Source: Antechinus flavipes
Taxonomy: Eukaryota
Assembly (NCBI RefSeq): GCF_016432865.1
Contig: NC_067398.1
Span: 117,552,001 to 117,616,000, forward strand
Reading direction: 5' to 3'
Length of the DNA stretch: 64,000 nt
The notes beneath the pieces were generated by a model. It had not been told where the DNA came from. It worked only from the letters and a program-made list of their open reading frames with translations, and made no database searches. Positions 31,279-42,310 of this stretch are shown here, piece after piece (position 1 is the first letter of the stretch; each line of letters opens with the position of its first letter). Made by a program: the position numbers and the translations under genes.

Positions 31279-31545
31279 CTTCCTTCCTTCCTTTCTTCCT
31301 TCCTTCCTTCCTTCCTCCTTAAATTACTCATTCCCTTTCTCCCTCTCTTCCTTCCTTCCTTCTTCCTTACCTTTCTCCCTCTCTTCCTTCCCTCCTTCCC
31401 TTCCTCCCTTCCTTCTTCTCTCTTTCCTTCCCTTTCTACCTCTCTTCCTTCCTTCTTCCTTCCTTTCCTCCCTCTCTCTTCCTTTCTTCCTTCTTTCTTT
31501 CCTTCCTTCCGTCCCTTCTTCCTTCCTTTCTTCCTTTCACATAGG
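31279..31545. repeat. (TTCC)n/(CT)-rich polypyrimidine microsatellite
   Basis: Read directly. Confidence 0.95.
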
Positions 31546-31679
31546 GTATCATCTCCTTACCTACAGATGCTCTTAAAAGCATTTATTTATTTATTTATTT
31601 TTTGCACTCTCTCTGAACTCTCCCAAGATACCTTGGAGTTTACTGGTAAGATTTCTTTCTGAAGAACCAGGCCTTAAAT

Positions 31680-32040
31680 CAAAACCAATCTGACTCTAAT
31701 TGGCTACCAAAAAATCCTAGGCCAAGCCCCATTCGGTCATCGTTTAGGTCCTGATTGACTCAGGTTGAATGTAAATAACAATTACTTCTGCTTTGGCCAG
31801 AAAATCTGAGAATCTTCCCCTCCCAGATTCATTCATTCTTCATTCATTCATTCATTCATTTATTTATTTAGAATTTTTTTGGGCTAGGTGAAAGAGGAGA
31901 TTCTTTGCCTCCATTGCTATCTAGTCTTAATCACTGAATGGTCACTGAATGGGTACAGCCTCAATTAAACTGAGACCTGTTGAAGATCTTAGCTTAAAAA
32001 GGCCACGGTCTCCCATTTTATCTAGGACCATCTCCAGGTA
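31680..32040. mobile_element. WALLSI/RTE-SINE-like marsupial repeat remnant (left piece at about 30715-30800)
   Basis: cactgaatggg...aaactgagacctg...cttagcttaaaaaggcca..gtctccca resembles the recalled marsupial consensus; family uncertain. Confidence 0.45.
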
Positions 32041-32059
32041 GAACTCACAGTTGCTTTTA

Positions 32060-33010
32060 ATTTATATTTCTTCATTAGTAATTTGGAATGTTTCTTTTTC
32101 TTTTTGACTATTGATAACTTGAATTTTTTCCTTAGAAACTGCCTAGTCATATATTCTTTGTCCAATTGTCAGTTAGGAAGAGTTCGCAGGATTTTGAAAC
32201 ATTTTTTAGTTTTTCATCATAAAATCATGCTTACCATATTGAATGTTAAGTGTGCTGTTATGAGTTTGTTAATCTTTTCTACTTGTCCTTGATTAGTTCT
32301 CTCTCTCCCTTTAAAAAAATTATTTAGATCTAACTTTATCTGTATGAAAAGTGTTATGTAATTGTGTTCATATAATTCCTGAGTTTGTTTTAGTAGATAG
32401 ACTCCCAAAGTATTTTATATTGTCTGCATTATTTTGAATGGAATTTTTCTTTCTATCTATTGTTGCTGGACTTTGTTGGTCATATACAGAAATACTGGTG
32501 ATATGAGTTTATTTTAAATCCTGCAACTTTGCTAAAGTTATTAATCATTTCGACTAGTTTTTTAGTTGCTTCTTTGGGATTCCCCACATATATCAGCACA
32601 TTATCTTCAAAGAAAGATAGTTTTGTTTTCTCATTGCCTATTCTAGTCCCTTCGATTTCTTCCCCCCCCTTATTATTAAATAGCTAACATTTCTACTAGA
32701 ATATTGAACAATTGTGTTGATAATGTGCATCCTTGCTTTATCTCTGATGTTATATGAAAGGCTTCTATGTTGTCCTCATAATAATTGCTGTTAGTGAAGG
32801 AAAACTCCATTCCTATGTTGTCTCGTGTTTTTAATAAGAAAAGATGTTTTATTTTTTCCAAAAGCTTTTTCTTCATCTGTTGAGATGATTTTATGATTTC
32901 TGGTGGTTTTGTTATTGTTATGTTCAATTGTGATGATAGTTTTCCTAATATTAGAACATCCTGTATAAACAGCATCTGCTCATAGTATATGATATTTGTA
33001 ATATATTACT
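32060..33010 (-). mobile_element. L1 ORF2 reverse-transcriptase remnant
   Basis: ORF 32676..32975 contains IKQGCTLSTQLFNILVEMLAI (L1 RT motif QGCPLSPLLFNIVLE); ORF 32217..32408 is L1-like. Confidence 0.85.
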
Positions 33011-33974
33011 GTAACATCCATGCTAATATTTAAATTTCAAACCTATATCAAATTGCTTGCTCACTCACTGAGGGGAAAGAAAGATAGTGAGGGAGAAAGT
33101 TTGGAACTCAAAAATAAAAAAAATGTTTAAATTGTCTTTATACTTAATTATACAGTAATTTACAGGGTAAATAAAATTTTACCTTAAAATTGTTGAGGAG
33201 CTTTTGTTTATATGGTTTTTTCTATTGATATTTACATATTAGAAATGAAAAAATCTTATTATTATAAACCTAATTTTGACCTCAAGAACTCTGTGAAAGA
33301 GTTTCAAGGAACCATCAGAGATTTTCTGATCACACTTTGAGAACCTCTGATAATTCAGCATCCTCATTTTACATAATTAGAAAATAAGATCCAGAGAAAC
33401 TAAGCTGCCCAAGATCACCCAGGAGGTAAGATGTAATAGTATTGCGGCTTTAAGCCTAGCATTTTGTTACAGCATTTTTACTGGAAGTTGGGGAATAAGG
33501 GCATGACTGGTGAAATTGCTCAATTTAAAAATAGTTGTCTTTATATATGCTTTAAGGTTCACAACACATTTTTACATATATCATTCTATCTTATCCTCAC
33601 CACAACTTTTAAGGTTCTCTGAGTTGTGTGATTTGATGCTATTCTCCATAAGGCTACAGAAAGAAAGTGTCTCAGTGTGCTAATTATCTAGCAAGAGTAT
33701 ATAATAGTTAAATTATCTATAGATGGCATCCGACCTGAGCTACTCAGCCAGCCTTCTCAGATTCTCCCTTGGGTTGGGTAGCTATCCTGAGAGGCTGCAA
33801 TAACCGCACAGGCCACTACATGGACAGCAGCCTTCAAACAACAGGGATGCTCAATCCTTGCCACCCTTCTCCCCACCTCAAGAAAGTTCATACTATAACA
33901 GGGACTTTTTTTTGTTTAGTGGTTTGGGTTAACTCCTCATTAGCTGGTCTAATCATCTAGAGAATGAAATGGGT

Positions 33975-34190
33975 TTTTGTTGTTCAGTCACGTCCCCCTT
34001 TAGGATTTTCCTTGGCAAAGATACTGAAGTGGTTTACCATTTCCTTCTCCAACTCAGATTACAGATGAGGAAACTGAGTTAAGTGACTTATCCACAGTCA
34101 TATAACTACTATATATCTAAAGCCAGATTTGAACTCAGTTCTTCCTGACTCCAGACTCAATACTCTATTCATTAAGCCATCTAGGTTTCC
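33975..34190. mobile_element. MAR1-type marsupial SINE
   Basis: ttggcaaagatactgaagtggtttaccatttccttctcc...agatgaggaaactgag...gatttgaactcag. Confidence 0.75.
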
Positions 34191-34867
34191 ACTTCCCATT
34201 TTACTGCAGACTACATCCATAGATTTAGAGAAATGTTATGATCGTATAGTTTATTATTCATAATAGAGTAAACTGAAAAAGAGCTAGATAACATATTCCT
34301 GAGTGAATACATCCTTTTCCTGATAATTTCTAAAACGTCTCCCAGCTGTCTTTCCAGATGTGGCTCAAAGATAAATCCTGATCATCCTAGTCTGTGGCTC
34401 ATGAGAAAGGAATCAGATTCTTATTCTTCTCTCAGGATCATAATTAGAGACAGTGAAGACAGTGGTCAAAATCAGTTTCCTATCTTACCACTCCAAATGG
34501 GATACATAATGGCTGCTAGTTTCTGCTACTCTGGATCTTTTTTCTCCTCAGAACTCTTAGCTCGTGTCTCTGCTTCTGCTTTTTCAGATGTGTTGGATGG
34601 ACTCCAGTCACTTTATCTTCTGGGCCTGCTGACTCTAATAATTGTTATCTCTATACATTTGCCTTCTCCCCTCTCACTCTGGAAGCCTGCAAAAGAAAGG
34701 TCATTGGAAAAAAGAGAGGAAGTAAACACCACAGTGTACATATAGTGCTTTCACTTTTTTCTCATCCAATATATGATTGATACTTTCTACTCCAGAACAT
34801 ACCTGTGCAGAACACTTTATCCTGATCTCTGTGACAGTCTCAATTCTGATAGTGTTGTTTCACAAAT

Positions 34868-34870
<3 letters not shown>

Positions 34871-34930
<60 letters not shown>
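34871..34930. repeat. (TC)30 microsatellite
   Basis: Perfect 60-nt array. Confidence 0.98.
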
Positions 34931-34933
<3 letters not shown>

Positions 34934-35639
34934 ATCTATAAAAGATTCCAGTCTCCTCAGAGATGAGAAACAGTACAAAAGTCCTGGTGCTCACTTACAA
35001 CTTTGTTGCTCCTTTGGTCAGAGGGAAGAATTTCTGATAGCAGACTTTCCCAGTCCAAGACATGGAAGCATCTGGGGCCATAGTGGAGTGTCAAGAATTC
35101 TTGCAAAAATAATTATAAGCTTGCCTATATATACCAAGAAGGAAGGGCAAGGACAATGTTCCTGAACCTCAATTTGTTAGTATGAACCTTTAGCTTTCTA
35201 GTTGGCAGGTATATTTCTTGAGTATCATCAGTCTTGGAAGTTACCTTCAGAGTATTACCAGATTCAAATATTGAAAATTAGGCCTTCTGGAAAGAAAAAA
35301 AGGAGATTTTCCAGAAAAGGATTCTTTTGGAGAAAGAACAGGAACATTCACATGATCTGTATTATACAGAGAGCATCTGCTACAGAAGAGCTATATTTTA
35401 CTCCCCATTTAAATAGCAAATTTTGGGGCTTAGATTTGATGAAAAGAGGATTGTCTACATAGAAGTCCCAAAATGTGTTTGGCTTCCAGGAAGAGTCCAG
35501 ATCATATGGTGGCACTATATGTATGGAAGGGAATGCTTAGCATTCTGGGATACTTTGAATTGCCTGATGGTTGCAAGTTTATTTTACTCTGGAAGAGCTT
35601 ATAGGCTACTTTGAATACTTTTTGCATTTTCTGCTTATT

Positions 35640-36180
35640 TATGGACTCCTGTGAGACTTTTATATTTTCATATATATGAAATGGCTTTATTTCATCATCT
35701 GAAAATTGTCTGTTCTTATCCTTTGACCGTTTATCAATTGAGGAATGACTTGTATTCTTATAAATTTAACACAGTTCTTTATATATTTTAGAAATGAGAC
35801 CTTTTTAAAAATACTGACTATAAAGATTTTCCCCCAGATTTGTACTTCCCTTTTAATCTTATTTCTGATAATTTTGTTTGTGCAAAAACCTTTTAATTTA
35901 ATGTAATCAAAGTTGTCCGTTTTGCCTTTTATAATGTTCTCTAGTTCTTCTTTGGTCATAAATTTTTCCCTTCTCCAAAGATCTGATAGGTGAATTATCC
36001 CTTGTTCTGCAAATTTGTTTATAGTATCATTCTGTATTCTCAAATCATGTTTCCATTTTGACCTTATGGTATGAGGTGTGAGATGTATGTCAGTGCCTAT
36101 TTTCTGACATATTTTTCAGTTTTCCCAGCAATTTTGTCAAATAGTGACTTCTTATTCCAGAAGCTGGAGTGATTTTTTAT
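35640..36180 (-). mobile_element. L1 ORF2 C-terminal remnant
   Basis: ORF 35687..36043: DLWRREKFMTKEELENIIKGKTDNFDYIKLKGFCTNK, typical marsupial L1 ORF2. Confidence 0.85.
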
Positions 36181-36816
36181 ATTTTCTATGTTATAACATA
36201 AATACTATCCTGTACCAGACGTGCATTTATTACGTTGAATGTTTGTATAATACTTAGGGATTTGATTATCTTCATCTGAAGAAACCTAGACATATTCTAT
36301 ATTTAAACTACTATATGGTGACTCAGAGAAAATCTGGGTAGGAGCAAATGAACCAAAAGTGAAAATTGCTTTAGGGCCCAGATCCTAAATTAGACTTCGT
36401 CTTTGTGAATCTGGTATTTGGAGATCCTTGAGCCATGGATTACAAAATCATCCTTCTCTTCATAGGTCAGGGGTTACCCTCAGTCATCCTTTTCTGAGAT
36501 GAAGATGACTGTATTCTGGAATGAGAGTGATCTTAGGGACCCAGTTCTGGGAAGGATAATCATAGGCACATATAATGTTAGATTTATAAAGAACCATTGA
36601 GATAATCTAATCTAATCTCCCTATTTTATATATGAAGAAACTGAGACTCAGTGTGAGGAAGTGCCTTGTCCAAGATTGGAACTAGTACTACAACCGTGGT
36701 TGCTCTTTCTAGTAAAACCCACTGCTGTCAAGATTTGGGGTTCAGAATATCCAGGATTCAGAACAGAGAAGAGAGGATAAAGTTAGAGGTCTTCCAGAGA
36801 AGTCACATAGTCTCTT

Positions 36817-37185
36817 TTTTAAAAAATTTTTTATTTAATGATTACTTTATATTGACAACATTATCCCTTGCACTCGTTTCTTTTCCGATTTTTTCCCCCT
36901 CCCTCTCTCCACCCCTCCCCTAGATGGCAAGCAGTCCTTTATATGTTGGATATGTTGTAGTATATCCTAGATACAATATATGTTTGCAGAACCGAACAGT
37001 TCTCTTGTTGCATAGGGAGAACTGGATTCAGAAGGTATAAATAACCCGGGAAGAAAAACAAAAATGCAGATAGTTCACATTCGTTTTCCAGTGTTCTTTC
37101 TTTGGGTATAGCTGCTTTTGTCCGTCATTTATCAATTGAAACTCAGTTAGGTCTCTTTGTCAAAGAAATCCACTTCCATCAAAAT
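36817..37185 (-). mobile_element. 5'-truncated young L1 with perfect 16-bp TSD
   Basis: TSD agtcacatagtctctt at 36801-36816 and 37186-37201; body matches the L1 3' UTR seen at 30150. Confidence 0.9.
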
Positions 37186-38778
37186 AGTCACATAGTCTCT
37201 TGAAGGTTGTAGGTGGCAACAAGTGTGGACCAAGAAATCCTAATAATAGTTGATAATTTATATAGCACTATATGGTTTACAAAGGTCTTTATATACTCTA
37301 ACTCATTCAAACATTATCCCAATCTTCTGTGATACTACAATGGGCAGGATTATTTTCATTCTTCATAAGAGGAAAATGAATCTCTAGTTTAGGTGACTTG
37401 CTCATGGTCACACAAATAGTAAATGTTAGAAGTGGGATTTGAATCTCTATTATCTGGCAATCCATCTCAAGGTTGAACAAGCAAGGGGAAAAAACTAAAC
37501 AAACATGTCTTAGGATGAGGAGGAGAGTAGTAAAGAGTGGGGAAGCAGGATTCTTGGAAAGGAACTGAAGGAAGGTACTTCCTCTATACCAATCAACCTC
37601 TATAACAAGATTACAGGTTTGGTAAACACTTCTATCCCTTCATTCTTGGGGAAAAGGTGGTCCTTGTTGGTCCTTATTTGCTCTTAAGAAAATATCCCGG
37701 CTAATTCCTAATAAGGAATTAACCCACTGAGGGAATTTCTCAGTGTAATAAACCCATTTTGCCAAAAACTTCACTTGAAGATTGGGACTGTGAATTCTTT
37801 TGCAAAACCTGCGACACCAGACTGGGGATCCCCATTGCTGTTAGGGTATCTCTCACCCCTCAACACTTTGATATCTCTAGTTATTGCCAAAACTGGTTGA
37901 TTGCATCCGAGTGTCAGAAATTCCTAATGACCATATAGAGTATAGCCAGAAGGTCAACTAATTGGTTCATCTAATAGTCCTTTTCCATTTTCAGAACCAC
38001 TTCATTTAGGGATAATCTCTGATAAGGCACTGGGCTCCAAGGAAAAGATTTCCCAGAGGGCGGACAATCAATAAAAATTTATTAAGCACCAACTAGGTAC
38101 TAGGAACTGTGCTAAAAGCTGAGGATACAAAAAGAAATAAAAGGGCCTGCCCTCAAGGAGACTGAAATCAATGGGAAACAACAAGTAAATATGTAAAATA
38201 AGCATAAGTAAGAATAAATATAAGAGGGGCAGCACTAGATTTGAAAAAGAATTCCTGTAAAAAGTGAGATTTTAGTTGGGATTCAAAAGAAGCCAGGGAA
38301 TGTGGTAGGTGGAGATGAGGAGGGAAAGCATTTCAGGCATAACTGACACTGAAGAAAATGCAGGGGAAAAAGGAGAATGGGATAGAGGTGGGAAAGGGAG
38401 AGGTGGGAGCTAAGATAACAGAGTAAAGAAAGCATTTTGCCAGTGCTCTCTCAGCACAGCCTTCTAAACAACTTTAAAAAGCACAGTCAAACTGAATTCT
38501 GAGTAAAAAAGCAAAAACAACAAAAAGAAAGAAAGAAATTATCTCACCTGACCCCAACCACAACCTTGTAAAATGAAGAGAGATGTTATCTTCGTTTTAT
38601 TGAAAAGAAAATCGGCTCAGAGAGGTTAAGACTGTTTGAGATACTTCCAAGTGTCCTTTGGCCTGATATCAGAAAGAATTATTGCACTTTAAGAAGGACA
38701 CAAACATAGGGACACTTGCTCTGGGTTAGAGACATACAACAGAAGCACACTCCCACACACTGGCTTTAGCAACATCCT

Positions 38779-38784
38779 TTTATT
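38779..38784 (-). terminator. ZG16 polyadenylation signal AATAAA
   Basis: tttatt about 100 nt past the ZG16 stop. Confidence 0.8.
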
Positions 38785-38885
38785 TGAACCCGTTAGTAGA
38801 GGGAGGGCGGGGACGGGGAGGCTCTCGGGTGACAGGGACTTCTTTGTCCAGGAGAGGCGCTCCTGGGTCGGCTGCGTCTGGATGT

Positions 38886-41800
38886 TTAGCAGCTGCTGCA
38901 TTCACTGGGGTAAACATCCCAGTGCAGACCAATTGCATTGATGAGGGAGCCCGAGCGGCCACTGAAGAATCGCAGAACGGTGTTGGGGTACAGTGGGGCA
39001 GCATTGAAGCTGGTGCCCGTGTCCTTGCCAAAAGGCATGTAGCGGCCCTTGTCTGTCACAAAGACCAGCTTCCGAACGTAGTACTTATATTTGCCAGACA
39101 CTTGGATGATTGACTCCCCGGGGTACAGGAAAATCTCCTCCAGGTCACCCTGAGAACCCCCAACATAGTTGCTCCATTCCTTGCCGTATCGGACCTGGAG
39201 GCTGGGGTTGGGGGAGGAAGGAGAAAAGAAAAAAGGAGGGAGGTATTTAGTGTCCTACCAGCAAGAAGAGCCGAATAATATGCTGGCTGGGAGACTGAAT
39301 ATTATATTTTGTAAACATGGCAGACATCTATCAGGCACCTACTCTATAAAACACTGTGCCAGACAGAGAGGAGATATGTATTTAGATAGAATATTATACC
39401 CTTAATAATAACAAGCAAGCACCTAAATAGTGCCTTAAAGTTTGCAAAGTTCTTTACTAATATTTTCTTATCCTTGCAGCAATCCTGGGAGAAGGTGCTA
39501 TTATGCCACATAGTATTTCCTGATCCTAGTTCTTTCATCTGTCAATCACAGGGGGTGAATGAGTGATGTCATTATTTAACTCACAGAAGTGATAAAAAGC
39601 ATTGGGTCTAATTAGGAGCCCTGGGTTCCAGTCCCAGCTCTGTGACACACTAGCTGTATGACCTCGGGGCAGGTCACCTCTCTAAGATTTAGTTTTCCTA
39701 TCAGTTGAAGAGGTTGGGACTAATGATATCTAACCATCCCCTTCTTCCAACTGAAAGAGGCTGTTTTCTGATTCTCAGCCTTTTTACCTGTAAGTAGTTA
39801 AATATCAAATAGCCTCTAAGATGCTGGCAAACTCTAAATCTAGAGTCCTATGTTATGACAACAGCCAACATTTATGTAACTTTATATATCAATATTATAT
39901 ATTGATTTCCCTGATAGGCCTCTAACTTTATCCTCTCTTCTCTGTTCTGAAGCCTGGATGTTCTGAATCCCAAATCTTGACAGCAATATTTCTTACTAGA
40001 AAGAACATTTATATATTAAAGTTTGTCAAGCCTTTCAAATAATGTTATAGCATTTAATCTTCACAATATAGGTGAAAGTGCTATTATTGTGCTTATTTTA
40101 CAGATAAGGAAACTGAGGCAAAGAAATGTTAGCCCAGGCACACAGTGTCTTAGGCAGAATTTGAACTCAGATTTTCCTGACTCCAGATCCAGAACTCCCT
40201 CTATTACATCAACTAGCTGCCTCTTTAAATCTATATTTTGTTTGTTTAGTCATTTCAGTCATGTTCGACAGTTTATGACTCCATTTGGGGTTTTGTTTTC
40301 AAAGATAATGGCATGATTTACCATTTTCTTCTCCAACAAACCTATATAAATCCCATTCAAGAAAAGAAGATGAAGTTGATCACAGCGAATGAAATGTTCC
40401 TTGCAGAATAAAAGAAGGGAATCAATGTGAAAGTGAAGAAGGAAAAAAGATCTGAGGAGAGGGATCTGTATGTGAAAGCAGGAGAGCAGAAGAAAGTGGC
40501 AGAAGAAAAAGGGAAAAGGTCTTTGAACAATTAGGAGCAAAGTCATTAAAAAAGAGGGGTCCCCTGATGGGAAGGGCATTGTGCTGTCTGAGGAGAAGCA
40601 GCTGCTTGTCTTCCAAGGATCTCTCCTTGGAGGGGTCTACTGATATTATCAGGAGAGAAATCATCAGGTTAGGGTTGGAGGAGAAAGAAATGAATAATCT
40701 TGGTTTCTGATTCCTTGCTAATGAAAATTTGAGGCAATTCTTTGTTAACTTGGCACTAAAAATAAGGAGAACAAGCCAAGGTATGAATTCAGGAGTCTAC
40801 AGAGAAATTCCAAAGACTTTTCAAACCCACTGACTGCTAACTACTTCTTATGATACATATGGGCACCAATGATACAACCAAAAGGAATCTCAAAGTATTG
40901 TCAAGGTTAATGAAGTTTGGGAAAAGAAATTGAAGGCTCTCAGTGCCGTCAATCAAAGGCAAAAGTTTCAGAAGAGAAAGGCCATTCTGGGAAGTAAACA
41001 CCTGGTCCAGCATTTAGCACAGTATCTGACATACAGTAGGACCTTAACTAATATTTAATTTTCATTTGGCTGACTGGTTAGGAAGATGTTGGGCAATAGG
41101 CTTTGTTTTCTGGAAGATATTAGGCAATAGGCTTTGTTTTCTGGACCCTAGCTTGAAATATATGAAAGATGGTGATTTTGGCCAGGGATGAAGAATATCT
41201 AATAAGGACTGGTAAGGTCTTTGACTGGAAGCTTTCAAATATAATCAAAAGGGATTAAAGCTGAAAATAAAGTAAGAAAATAAAACTACCGGTCTTTAGA
41301 GAACTAACTAATGCAGAAAATAGTGCCAATGTAGAAAATATAGCAATAGAGATTCCAGAGGTTCACAGGAGACAAACCTGGTAGAAGCCAATGATAGGCA
41401 TTTACATATAAATGCCCCAAATATTGGCAACAAGCAAAATGAAGGACCCTAAAGCAAGGAATCTGACTATGCCCCAAGACTTGGTAGAGTGGGACTCATG
41501 ATTGGAATATGTCCCTGAAAGGAGATGCTTTATTAAAAAAACAACATAACAGGAAAGATAAACGAGAGGGTGGAAGATTAACTGAAGAAATCTAAGAACA
41601 AGAGAGGGATGACTAGTGAGGGCTAGCCCCCCTCGGGATCCTCACCCAACAATGTAGTATTTGTTGACCCGGATTCGGATGGCAGTGATGGGGCCATCTA
41701 GCTGATTGCCTGAGTGGGAGAAGCGTTCTCCTCCGCCGCCTCCATACTCCCCATTGTAGGAGGATGATCGTGGCTGAACTGGAGACAAAACAATTGATAA

Positions 41801-42019
41801 AGGAGATAAAGAAAGTAGCAATTCCACCAAGACTCTGTCACCATCCCTACGAGTTCTTCCATAAATCTGCATCTTCTCCAGACCCAAGCTTGAATGTCTA
41901 TTCCATACACCTCTCACAGTACCAGGTTCCTTCTCTGATATTAGGCATCCTATACCTATAGATCACTTACCAGATTCAGCTGAGACACAGAACAGGGCGA
42001 GGAGAACCAAAGCCAACAT
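38886..42019 (-). CDS. ZG16: Zymogen granule protein 16, jacalin-like lectin; join(complement 41971..42019, 41646..41778, 38886..39201), 165 aa
   Basis: Signal peptide MLALVLLALFCVSAES; GEYGGGGGERFSHSGNQLDGPITAIRIRVN; LQVRYGKEWSNYVGG...FVTDKGRY...FFSGRSGSLINAIGLHWDVYPSECSSC*. 49+133+316=498 nt, GT-AG junctions. Confidence 0.97.
40500..41590 (+). mobile_element. Ancient CR1/L3 relic spanning the ORF1 esterase and ORF2 endonuclease start, in the last ZG16 intron
   Basis: Translatable traces LCCL (about 40580-40590), HMGTND (40856-40873), LHINAPNIGNKQNE (about 41400-41440), THDWN (about 41490-41510). Confidence 0.6.
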
Positions 42020-42253
42020 CCTAGGAGTCAAGAAGGAAGGAGTGAACATCAGATCCAATCACCCTGCTTACCTAATTCAGTCCTAGGCTTCCTAACCAGC
42101 TACCCCAGACCCTGGCACCCCCACACCCTGACTTGGAGCCCTTCAAGTCTGCCTTCCTTCTGGTATCCTCATTACCCTAACTCATGGCTCTAACAAATCT
42201 ACAGCCATTACTCATCTCCCTAGTTTAGGACCAGGCATCCCCTACCCCCTCAC

Positions 42254-42310
42254 CTGGCAGATCTTGGTATAGTGGGAACTTAGTGAAAAGCCAAGTCCTT
42301 TTTATCTCAG
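42254..42310 (-). promoter_or_regulatory. Probable ZG16 non-coding exon 1 and core promoter (GATAAAA at 42300-42306)
   Basis: Donor CAG|GTGAGG at 42254/42253; acceptor tcctag|G at 42020 immediately before the ATG; GATAAAA about 50 nt upstream of the donor. Confidence 0.5.

Noticed and set aside
31232-31662. F/L/P/S-rich membrane-like ORFs (also 3479-4040 and 34773-35165)
   Set aside because: Translations of polypyrimidine tracts and microsatellites.
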